Source of the DNA: Dimorphilus gyrociliatus
Lineage: Eukaryota; Animalia; Annelida
DNA: 64,000 nt
NCBI GenBank assembly: GCA_904063045.1
Contig: CAJFCJ010000012.1
Span: forward strand, 124,001-188,000
Direction of reading: 5' to 3'
The notes under the pieces were generated by a model. It had not been told where the DNA came from and did no database searches. It was given only the letters and a program-made list of their open reading frames with translations. How positions within the stretch are numbered: the first letter of the stretch is position 1; every line of letters starts with the position of its first letter. This document shows positions 51,816 through 63,512 of this stretch, piece by piece. Made by a program: the position numbers and the translations under genes.

Positions 51816-53850
51816 TGAGTTTTTTGATTCAAGTGGATATAACTTCGTTGAGCAAGATTAATGATATAAAATTTCGAATCTTGTTTTGTCAATTGATTCA
51901 ATTATCTTATTAATAAAATAGTGAAAGGTCAAAATGAATATTTATTTATCTATCTTTGATTGATTTCTTTAGAAATGAGAATCGTATTACTTTTTTCGAT
52001 AAATGAAAGGGAATGACAAAAAAATAGATAGTAAGCAAAAACGAAAACGAGAACATGGAATATATGAAAAGGTAGGTTTCATATAAAATTATCCCTCTCG
52101 TATCTTATAAATAGACGTATAATAGCGCTATTTTTGTGTAACTTTGCATAAATATGAACCATTTTTCAAATTATACCGTTTATAATAATGCTTAGCCGAG
52201 TGTAAAAATTATATATAATGATTCTTCAACAATACAAATAAAACCTTCAAAAAATACGTTCTTATGTAAGATTTTATAATACTTTGAAAATTTCCATGTT
52301 GAGATCGTTGACATAAGCAAAATTCTTAGAATTTTCTCATATAAAACGTAAATATTATCATTGTATTTTATAAGTTTCTGTCTCTAATATTTGTAATAGT
52401 AAATAGTACACCATTGCGCGTTTGATTGAGAAATAATGAAATATTCAAGTAACTAAGAATTGTACAGTGTATCTTTTGCTTCTTTTTATCTTCTCCTTTT
52501 TTCCTTTCATTTTTCAAGCCGGATGTTAAAATGGAACATGTACATATATACATATATTATAAGTACTTAATACTTTAAGATTACCGAAGTTTAACCTTTC
52601 TGAAAAAGAAATTCTTTCCCATTAAGTTAAAATGAATCTATATATATATACTATATACTATATATATAAAATTAAATAGTACCAAAGTAGTAATTTTACC
52701 AAAAACAATACTATCTTAAATAGCTAGTTCATCCGATATTAAACGATTGAAGCACAATGTCGATAATTAAGCTTCTTAGAAATATCTTTTTTAACAGTTT
52801 TAATCTTTCATTACCCACCTATACAAATTTTACTTGATAACACTTAAAATATATATATATATACAATAGATATTTCCATTCTTTTTAACTTTAGATTTGT
52901 GTTTAGCTCAATAACTATCAACTATTTTACTAAGTATAATGGTCTGAAGTTAAAAAATTACACTCTTATGTGTCACTAGAAAGTTTTATCATTCTCAAAT
53001 GTAATTGATTTAGATGATCAGAAAAGGTAAGATATTTTATCGTTAATTAAAATGGATTGGATAAAATTACAAATTTCTCAAAAGTTTATCGACTTGGAAG
53101 ATTTATACGATGTTTCGAGAAAAGTAAATTAGGTGCATTTTCCAACTTCTTATTAATACATAAATTAGTTTAGAAAAAATTGACCTATATAAAATTACAA
53201 ATAACATTTTTATATAAATTCGTAAGCATTTAATTTAAAGAGGCAATTATTTTATATGTAAAATTCCTTACAACGTAAAATGAAGAAGGAAGGACTTTAC
53301 ATATGATCGAGTATTCTTAATAATTTAAAAGTAAGAAGCAACCTTTCAAATAAAGATTTTCTCTTTTTACCTTAAATTAAATAACTTATCATATTTATAA
53401 CTTATCAGCAGCTATTTTTAAGAAAACAAAATCTATGTAAAATGGTCGAAATAAGACAATTAATTAGTTTCCACTATCTAGTTAAATATTGTCACCTCTT
53501 TCATCTTCAAGTCTATTTTTATATTTCCTTATTTCCTTTGTAAATAGATAGAGATGGATACCAATGTGATATAATTAAAAGAGTAAAAGAAAAAAAAATG
53601 AACTTTGAAAGATGGATAGTAGTCAAAAAACGAAATATACTGTATAAATTTATATTGTATACTCTTTAAATCTATTGAATAAAAGAATCTTTATTTCCAA
53701 TTATTTATCTACTAATTAATAATATACAAATGAAACAGAAACTCTATTTTCAAAATTTGTGTTTTCTACTTATACTCTAAAGTTCATTTTATACTAATTA
53801 TGCCGCAAAAACGAGGACAGGGGAGTGGGGAAATTTAAAGACAAAGCTTA

Positions 53851-56800
53851 TCAGTTTTCGATAGGCTCTTTAAAATAGCATATTAATATTAAATTTGCTT
53901 TACAATCAAATGGAATTTGACCCAATAATTTTTTTCCCGTTAAATCTGAAGCCATTCCATGATAACTGTAAAGATTATCCGTGTTTTGACTTATTCTCCA
54001 ATTGCGACAGTTCATCGTAGTACTTTCAGATTTGCCATCTTTGGATGAACCATGCCAAATATGCTTTACAGGCCTAAAGGAGAGATTCAATGCTTATTAA
54101 TAGTGATACTGTTTTGTTGCTCTTAATAAATTTTAAAAAAGATAAAAATTTTGCAAAATGTTCTTACCATCTCGGATTTGACATAACGTCACTGCCATCA
54201 AATGAGAATATTCTAGCAGCAGGATTACTAAATGGCCCACCGTTTTCAAATATATCTCTGAATTTCCAAAACAAAACTTCTCTCTGTGCACAATAATAAT
54301 AAAAACATATTTAAACGAAATAATCAATTATATGCTTCAAACAATTACCTTTGAATTAACAACAGGAACGTCCTGATAGGCTGGCATCACTCTTCTTAAA
54401 TGTAAATCAGTACTGCCAACAAATGCACGAATATTTCCAAGATAATGCTTATAAAAATTATGTCGTCGAGCTTCCTTAAAGCAATAATCTCCTGGATTAA
54501 TTGACTTTACCGGACTAAATGGGTTACTCAGGGCCACAAAGTGTATCTATAAGAGTTAATTTTATCGAGTTAATCATATTAAGTATTCTATATAAAAGGA
54601 TAAATTACAGCTGGTCCATTAACAACAGATGATCCGCTAGGTAGAGAACTTGAAGGTGGCCAAAGGGTTGTTATTATCTATAATATGAATAAATGATAGC
54701 AATCGTTAACTTATTCGCAATCGTTGATTTTAATTATACCTCTTCCTGTTCTCTCCCCTTGATAAGTTCGCCTAGTAGGACGTTCTCCCAACCGAATTGC
54801 GTTCTTATGTATAACTTGGATTTATTTTGAGTATTTCTTCCTTCCACTATGGCGAAAGCACCACTTTTAATTCTTGCAGTTGCTAATGCCATTTTTTTCG
54901 TAGTAGCAAATTTGAAAATTCCCGAATTATCCTATTAGGTGATTTGTTTTAAACATGTTATTTTAGAATTTGTTTAATACCGAAGTACAGGAACATTTTG
55001 TTGTAGATGAATCACCTTTCTGACCTTTCTCTCCTTTCTCTCCTTTAAGTTTAAAACGTTTTAATATGCTTGACGTAAACATCGCTTAATTTGCAATACC
55101 TGTATAGCCGATTTCAACATCACCCTTATCTCCTTTTATTCCCCTCTCTCCTGGGCTTCCCTTAGAACCCTGTTAAAATTTCTATCATTTTAAAGCAGCT
55201 GGTTGAAAATAAAGACTTTACCGGTGCTCCAATAAATATCTCTTTTCCTTTCAAATCTAATATACCAATAAAACCTTTTTCTCCTGGTTCTCCTCTTTCT
55301 CCCTGCTCACCTTTGGTTCCATTATATCCCTTTTTAAAAGCAATGTTGTTTTTCATCTTTTAACTAAAATTTCATAACTAACTGTATCCCCTTTATCCCC
55401 TTTAATTCCTTGGGGACCTATTTTTCCATCATTTCCTTTTGGACCCATAGCTCCCATCATTCCTGGACTACCTACATAGCCCTGTGGACCCTGAATACCA
55501 GGAGGACCTTGAATTCCTTTATAACCTGGGCGACCATTCCGACCTCTTTCTCCTGTATAGCCTCTTTCACCCTGGAGTAGACTACATGTTAACGCAAAAT
55601 TGTTTGTCTAATAGGAAATTAACCTTGTCGCCTTTTTCACCTATGGCTGCTATCTCACCCTTTACGTTTCTCACTCGACCTCTTTCACCTTTTTGTCCCT
55701 TTTCCCCATCTTTTCCATCTAATCCCGATTTTCCTCTATAGCCTTTTTCACCTCTTTTTCCACGATATCCTCTTTCACCCTAGTTAATTTTTTTATAGTA
55801 TTTTATAGTTTAAAATGTTAAACAGATTTTTTACTTGTGGCCCAATTAGTCCTTCTATTCCAGAATTTCCTTTGTCACCTTTTATAGCTTTACATTTACA
55901 AACTTGAGTACAAGTTTTACATTCTCCAAGATTTCCTTTATCTCCTTTGTCTCCCTTATAGTTTAACGAAGAAAGCGAGGCATAAACATAAATATTAAAA
56001 GATTTTTTTTTAAAGATTAAAACTTACGTCTACTCCATCTTTTCCTTTTGGACCCATTTCTCCTTTGAGCTTGGACACATCCTACATATACACACACATA
56101 TATATATATGTATATTTAAATATAAAAATATATGTACAATATAAACACTTTACAAAAAAAGACAATATATCGTATGTTATAAATAATTTACAGGTATATC
56201 TCCACGATCTCCTTTCAAGCCGGGTTCTCCTTTCTGGCCGCTTCTTCCTTGTTCTCCTGGACGTCCTCGCTTTCCCTTAATACCTTTTAGTTTCTAGGTT
56301 AACAAGAATTATTTAACACATTCAACAATTCTAATTATAGGCGTTAAAAAAGTTTACTAACCGAAAAAAAGAGGGCGTCGTTTCTGTAATATGAAGATTA
56401 ATCATCAATTATTAAGATATTTGTAAAAAATGCAAACTGAAACTTACAAACAAGGGACAAATTTAGAGCAAGTTTCCTATTTAAAAATATAAAAAGTATT
56501 TCATTAATAGTGATTTAAATATGAAATAACAAATTCTCACAGCCCCAATAGTATTTAATGATGGTGATGGTGGTGAAGTTATTAGAAGAGGCGGAGCTGT
56601 TGTCTTTATCATGGGCTATGAGAAAGTTTAATCATTTCTAAAAGTAACTGGCAATAATTGAAAAGTTTAAAACAATTTTTACATTTTCCTCAGATGTAAC
56701 ATCGGCGCCAGAGGAAAGTTGCGTAGTCGTTTTTACTGAAGGATTTTTAGTTGTATCTCTCAAGGGAGTTTTAGTCGTATCTTCCAAAGGATTTGTAGTA

Positions 56801-58219
56801 GTTATATCTTCAATTGTAGTTGTTAAAACTATTGGTTTATCTATTCAATTTTAACAAAGTAATAAATAAAATATACTCTTAAAGACATTTAAAATTCTTC
56901 TTTACTTGTAATCTGTGAGCTACTGGTCATTTTATCTTCTTTTTCAGTAACTGTATTGGATGTAATTGCTTCTGTTGTTTCTGACTTGGTTACGATATCC
57001 CCACTTCCAAGGTCTTCTTTCGTAGTTTCATCAAATATATTTAACGGCGCAGTAACAGTTTCCGCTTCACTTCCACTAGATACATCTTCAGTAGTCGTTA
57101 AAATGCGTTGCGAGTCTAAAGATGGCTTATCAGTCTCAACTCTAAAAGTTAATTTTATTGTTTCAGTGATTGCTTCCTCTTGAGATTGTTTCTGAGTTGT
57201 TGAATCTCTTTCAGCAGTCTCAATCGTTACGCTATCAGTAGTGTTAGAGCTCTCAAGGCTGGCAGTAGTTGTTTCTTCTGATTTAGTTGATACTTCTTTT
57301 GATTTTTCAGTAGTAGCGACCTGTTTTTCAGTTGACGTGTTATCCGTAAAGTTTGTCATTTTCTCAGTAGTGTTCGCAATTATCACTACTTTACTTGTTA
57401 CATTTGAACTTGACGAATTATCAGCTATTGGTGTTGATTGAACTAATGAAGAATTATCTGCCGTTTCTGGATTCTAGTTATATAATTTATAAAATTGTAC
57501 TTTTTTTAAACATTCATTATAGAGAAAACGTAAAAATTATTACTTCTTCTGCGACGGAATGGTCTGAAAGAAGAGTGGCATATGAGGCGCAAGTGATTCC
57601 TTCCGAGGTAAAATTTCTTCCCTATATTGAAAGTAATTATATTCTTGTCTGTTAGAGGGGAGTCACGAAAGATTACAACTAACCTGACAAAAATCATCTC
57701 TAGAATAGAGTGCGTTGTGAATTGCTATTCGATCAACTTTAATCTATGAATATGAGAATAAGAATTAAACAAATAGAATATGAATTAAATGAATAGAAAA
57801 TCTTACGTAGTTCGGGATAAATATTGTAAAATTATTGTTATCGCTTATGAAATCCGATGGATAACTTATTGAAACATTTTTTTGAGACAAGCAATCAAAT
57901 ACCGTAGTTTGATTATTAATTTTATCAATTGTAATGACTTTTCTTATCTTTTCACTGCTAGGTTCGATATCTACATCAATGCCATTGATAAATTCTAGGG
58001 ATTCATTTCCTTCCCTCCCCCTAATCATACGAACTGAGAAGTCATCTTGTAACACAAATATATCAGCTATATTTATATCTTGAGAGGCATCAACTTCTAC
58101 AATGAATGAGAAATTTGATACTTTATTCGAAGAATCCCAATTTACTAAAAGTTCTCTCGACCCATTTACAGATTTTTCATCCAATTCAACTCCTAATTGA
58201 CAAGATGATGCCAAAGATT
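53851..58219 (-). CDS. COL18A1: Multiplexin (collagen XV/XVIII ortholog): degenerate TSPN, Ser/Thr-rich region, interrupted Gly-X-Y, trimerization domain, endostatin; at least 21 exons, signal-peptide exon unresolved
   Basis: Exons (-): 58219-57807, 57743-57684, 57621-57544, 57473-56906, 56840-56683, 56615-56541, 56476-56448, 56383-56362, 56293-56192, 56081-56028, 55954-55835, 55779-55624, 55571-55383, 55329-55222, 55169-55100, 55042-54981, 54931-54740, 54677-54609, 54546-54349, 54283-54168, 54073-53851; all phase-compatible. LYIRTQFGWENVLLG marks the trimerization domain. IHFVALSNP..CFKEAR..RAF..VPVVN..IFSFDG..WPVKHIWHGS..CRNW marks endostatin with its 4 Cys. The gene is equally orthologous to COL15A1. 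Confidence 0.93.
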
Positions 58220-58367
58220 CTAAAAGAAATAGATTTTAACAATTATCAATTCCAATACTAAATTAAGCAAGATCATAAGAAAGACAAGTGCCTATTTCAT
58301 TTTATATAGGTTATGTTTATATAACTTACAAACCATTCAGTTTGTTAAGTTATGCTCTCTATTAAGC

Positions 58368-58376
58368 TGGGTGGTC
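58368..58376 (+). promoter_or_regulatory. Perfect GLI/Ci consensus site TGGGTGGTC at the 5' end of the multiplexin gene
   Basis: Exact match to the reverse complement of GACCACCCA; motif only. Confidence 0.3.
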
Positions 58377-60106
58377 CAAGGACAAATAAAGAAAGAAATA
58401 TACTTTAAAAACAAGTATGTTACTGTTGATGACAATATACGGATAAGGAGGCAGTTATGATTACTTTTACTTGGAAAACTTATGCATTCTGTCGTAAAAA
58501 TATAAAGGAAATAAAACTAGAACCTTTTCCTAGTAATTTTTAAAACGTTGCTATATTAGAAAAGAGGTCATGCTTTCACATTTAAAAATACTTGCATTCT
58601 GTTTATAAGTATCATTATAAAGATTACAGAAATGTATATATGATAGTAGAACTTTATTTCTAATTAAAGACATAAAACTATAAATTAAGCAATGCTTAGT
58701 TGAACAGCTCATTTCCTCCCCCTTCTTCCTCTTCCTCATCTTTCGATTATTTTTGGAGTTAAAATTGAATCTTTTCTAAATTTTAGATAGTTTACCTTTG
58801 ATTTAACCAAATTTAAACTGATCTTATCACTTTTCTAAGGAATGCGTACATAATTTCTTTCCAGGTACGAAATTATCTTATATATTTTAAGAATAATACT
58901 CTTATATTTTTTAATAGTCTATTACTACAGTAATTTGATATTTTAATATTTAAATGAACAGTAATATTGTAGAAAAATTACTATACTGAAAATTTAAAAA
59001 TAGAATGGAACAGGTTGTTCTAAAAGTTTGTCATTATGTTCAATATTAAAGATATTAATGTGGCAGATAGAAATATAATATATATGGATTAAATATCGTC
59101 AAATATTGACCATTATTACATAAAAATATATAAATTAATAGAAGATAAGTGTTACTTAACAGGGATGTTGCTAAAATAAAATTGAGATATCTCGACAACC
59201 TTTCAAGATAAATTAAAAGATAAGCGGATAAACCGAAGAATAATAAATCAAGAGAGGGTCGTTTGATAAACAGGGAATTGTACAGATTCGTTTTTAAATG
59301 GCTTAGCACCTGTTTTATGACAAACAAATTGAGGTAAACAAATATCAAAGAAGGTAAATTTTATAAATAAATAAGCGCTAATTATTTTGTTTACAAATAT
59401 CTGAAACAGTTTGATAAGGGAGTATATAGGCAGCGGAAAAGGAAATACGGATATAGTTAGGAATGGTTTATGTTTACAGATAAAAGCTTTAAGTAAAGCT
59501 TATCTTAACATTAATTTTAAAATCCGGTTATTTATCAACTGCAATTCTGTTTATTGTCTAAAGTTTTCCAGTTCTTTGTGGTTAGCCCATAAATCAAAAG
59601 TGAATATTCACCCTGATAAGAACTTAGATCCTGTAAGTAAAAATAGTTACAATCTATCAAATATTTACACATAGTCTAAACAATCTGCTTTTGTTTATGC
59701 CCTAAAATCAACTGATAATATGAGAAGAAATTGCTCTGAATTTCCCTCCCTAATTATGCAAATTAGTCAAAATTTAAGTAGACTTGAAGCTTTTAAAAGT
59801 TTCTCTATTACTTGAATTAACATAATGCAAAATCTACAAACCAGAAATAAAAAATCCAGTAACCAAATATAAACAGATAAGTAATTTATTCATTTTTCCT
59901 GTAAAATTAATTAATTAATTAATTAGTGTTTAAGTAAAGAACTCTATTAATACAAAAAAATATATAAAATAACAAAGAAAAAATCTTACTTTTCTTTTCT
60001 TTAAGATTTTAAAACTTTCGGAAAATTTTCATGATTTAAACCCAAAATAAAATACTTGCAAAAATATATTTGATAATTGAAATTTGTGCCTTATAATTGT
60101 AGGGAA

Positions 60107-60120
60107 AACTAGGTGGCGCC
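60107..60120 (+). promoter_or_regulatory. CTCF-like motif AACTAGGTGGCGCC
   Basis: GC-rich motif match inside very AT-rich DNA. Confidence 0.35.
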
Positions 60121-61333
60121 ATTTTTATCTTACTAAACGGCAATTGGATAACTTTTTGTACTGGTTAGTTAAATTGTTTCATCATATAAAGAAAAAAAAA
60201 CTAAATTCAAGCTGGAAATTAGGCTGAAAAAAATGGAATTTTCCCTTATATTCTTATAGAGGGAAAAAAAGTTTTAACACTATATTTAACATAAAATATG
60301 CAAATAAGAGACTTTTTTTAAGTGAATATAAACTTTCGATAAAAATTGAATTAAGATTTCTATTCTAAAAAATAGAAAGATAATGGAATTCTGTCAACAA
60401 AATAGGAGATTTCAGTTTATTTTAATAATTTTACAAATGACAGACGAGATAATTGATTGATCAACGATAAAGGATATCAGATACAATACGCATTTTTATT
60501 TTTTTCTCTTTCCGCCTTCTCTAGTATCCTTAAGGCAACTTTTGCCTTTCTTCGCTTGTTATATTGTTTTACCAAAGTTGAAAAGAAATTACGGGATTAC
60601 AATAAGCAAGAACAGTAAAGGATGCAAAGTTAAGAATGATAGGCCTATAAGGTAAAAGAATTGATACTTAATAAAATCTATAGACCTACCGCCAATCTCT
60701 AGCAATTCGAAATATCTACTTAATGACGTCAAATGGATCATAAACAATCTGAATAGACAATTGAATACAGGTTATCGATTATTATATTAGCACTAATATC
60801 TCAATATAAAGTTTTCCTTTTCTCATAAAAAAGATAATAACCTTGACTTGACTGGCAAACTACGAGTATCGTATAGCAGACATAAGAGGGAGTGATAAAT
60901 TTGGGGAATTACTTTTGAAAGTAGATAACTATTAGAATATATTCAAATAATTAATGTTACCCGACTATTAATCTTTTGTTCGATAAAATAACAATATAGT
61001 TTTCCCACCCACACATCTTATTAACCATGATATAGTATGCACATAAAAAAATTTTATTTTATTTTAACTCAGTTGAGTGTTATGTATACTTCACTGTCAT
61101 CTTCATAAAATATAATGCCAAGGATAAACTTTGCCTTATAAACTTTGTAAATATTACGTAGAGCTGTGAATATAATTTTTATTTAAACTTTATATTCATA
61201 ATTTTTCTATTCTGTACAACGAAACATTGTGAAACAGAATCAGGTTGGAACACTTTAAATTATTATAAAATGGGCAGTAATACATTGAACTTTTTTGTAT
61301 TCTTCATATGTCTGTGTTTTTTCTCGTTCATAG

Positions 61334-61397
61334 TCTCTCTCTTTCTCTCTCTCTCTCTCTATTTATCTATCTATGTATTATCTATCTATCTCTCTAT
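61334..61397. repeat. (CT)n followed by (CTAT)n-like microsatellite
   Basis: Read directly. Confidence 0.85.
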
Positions 61398-62588
61398 CCA
61401 CCCATCTATATTTCCATTTTTTTTAATATTCCTATTATAAATCTAAAGTTGATTTATGAACTTTGCTTTTGATCATCTAGAAAAAAAAATCAACATAACA
61501 TTTAAAAAACAAATCTCCCTAACAAACATAATTAATTTTTTTTGGACTTTAATATAAATTGTTTGAATAATTTAATAAAAACGAAATAAAATCAATGTTT
61601 TAAAATTAGTTAATTAACTTATTAATTAATATAAATATATAATTTCTATTTATTTTGTTAATTTTTCAGATTAATTTAAAACTAAGCTTTGTTAAATTAA
61701 AAAAACGAACTCGTGTTAATTTCATATAAATTACATACAATTCTTAAAAGTAGCTCATTAAACTAATCCCTGAAAAATGATTTTAATCGTATCTACAAAT
61801 AATATGTGAATGTGCTTTCTCTCAAGAAAATCTTTGTAAATAGCTTTTCTTTAAAGCAGTCTAGCTTTGTATAAACTTATGTCACTTTTGCAATTTAGAT
61901 TGTATACAGGCCTAACACAAATATGCTCTTTTAAAGAAATAAGCCATTTGGGTACCAGATACTGTATATTTTTCTAATTTTTGACTGTAAGGACATCTAC
62001 CGTGTTAAGTCGTAGTTTCTATTTAGATATAAACTTGAGAGGATATCTATATCTATATATAAATATATAATTTATAGCGTTTGACTATGTTAAACTATTC
62101 TAGATATGTTTATCAAGTAAATAAAGAAAAGGAAATATTATAATTCTATTAAAAGATTTCACTTGGTTAATTTGTTTAAAAACAGCCACGAGTTGTGATC
62201 TTTGAATGAGATATGCGAGTAAAACGAAAACGGGACATATGAACAATCTAAAAGTTTATTTTTACTATAAAATACTACGGATAATTAATAAAGTTCGTAA
62301 GATGGCGACACCATTTATTAGTAAAACGAAAATATCAATATCTAGATCGTCCTCTAAAAGATAATGGTAGTTTATCGTATGTTATTGGTATTAACAGGAA
62401 TTTGCTGAGTAAAAGCAAAACACTTGTAGATAGCGATATAGAAATATGAAATACTTTATAAGAGCGGACTAATATACCTTTTCCACATTTTTGTGTATAT
62501 ATTTTAATGTTTTAGACTATACAATATGTTGATCCGAATCGCTAACAATAATCAACTTGAATGGACGGATTGATCTGCAGTGACAAAG

Positions 62589-62621
62589 TTTGTTATGCAA
62601 ATCGAGCAGGTGGTCACGTGA
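62589..62621 (+). promoter_or_regulatory. Candidate enhancer: Sox-Oct composite TTTGTTATGCAAAT plus E-boxes CAGGTG and TCACGTGA
   Basis: Motifs read directly within 33 bp; function inferred. Confidence 0.3.
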
Positions 62622-62687
62622 TAATTCATTTGTTTAGCTATCTTTGCATGACAACGGCAGATTGCTCTCTGCTTTTCAACTGGTAAT

Positions 62688-63512
62688 ATGCCCACGACAA
62701 CTGAGGATTATGAAAAACGCCAGAAATTTAGACCTCCTTCCGGTCAGGTAGGCCTACTGTTCATCAACTTAACTTTATAGTAAACTTAATCATACGGAAG
62801 AGCTAATTTAAGAGCGTTAAGAGCTTTTGTTTTACGTAGTATCTAAGAAAATTATCTTTTAAAATCCAGAAGCTAGTATTGGAGTGTATTTTCTTTTAAA
62901 ATCAATCAGAAGATAACATATTTCATTAAAATGCTTATCAGTTATGTCAAAATACAAAGACTTGCGTTTAAAAGAGAGACTTCAATGTTCAAAATGCCCA
63001 AGTAAATAACAGATAACTGTTATTCTTGTAGATATACAAGACAGACAATGAATGTAAGACAATTTTATCTCTTCATCAACTCCTCTCTAAAATTATTTTC
63101 TGTGAAAATCTCTTTCATATAAAAGAGAAATGCGATATTTACTATTTTCTATATACGAAACAAGATGAATTACACTCTCTTACTATAGAGAAAAATTTTC
63201 ACATATACTAATTCTTATAACTCATTAATAACCCTAAACATGAGGGTCAGATTATCAATGTAAATTCTATCAAAAACACTTTTTTGTGATATGTTACGTT
63301 CGTTAGATTTTATTGGATTTTCTTATTAAGAAAAGGTTCTTATTCGACGTTAAACAACCTCGTGTAAATATTATGCATGAATTAGATTGGACGGTTTTAT
63401 TTGACTTATTTACGAAGCCATGCTGTTGCCTGGTGATAATTGTTTTTAAAAAAACTTTTGAATTGTATTGCATTTTCGTTCTGAACAATTTAATTATCAT
63501 TTCTTTGAAATG
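62688..63512 (+). other. Candidate 5' exons of a gene continuing beyond the window
   Basis: ATG at 62688 opens MPTTTEDYEKRQKFRPPSGQ ending at CAG|GTAGG (62747). An acceptor lies at 63306 and a strong donor ATG|GTGAGT at 63510-63518. No homology recognised. Confidence 0.25.

Noticed and set aside
55484-57697. ORFs 55484-55741, 56065-56280, 56956-57183, 57241-57441, 57395-57655 and 57506-57697
   Set aside because: Antisense or off-frame shadows of collagen exons.
58220-58740. Signal-peptide exon of the multiplexin (ATG GTT T|GTAAGT near 58330; MILLNLVLELIIVK.. just upstream of 58219; ORF 58551-58739)
   Set aside because: None joins the 58219 exon in frame without a stop or an assumed indel; left unresolved.
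59400-59700. ORF 59411-59674 (YIGSGKG) and nearby FDKGVYRQ, suggestive of a Penelope or GIY-YIG relic
   Set aside because: No RT catalytic motif or further GIY-YIG residues found.
60660-60870. YRPTANL / NTGYR / LDLTG fragments reminiscent of a LINE reverse transcriptase
   Set aside because: Short motifs in different frames with wrong spacing; would need a tBLASTn/Dfam hit.
45377-63068. Identical 18-mer AATGTAAGACAATTTTAT at 45377 and 63051
   Set aside because: About one match of this length is expected by chance in AT-rich 64 kb; the flanks do not extend.
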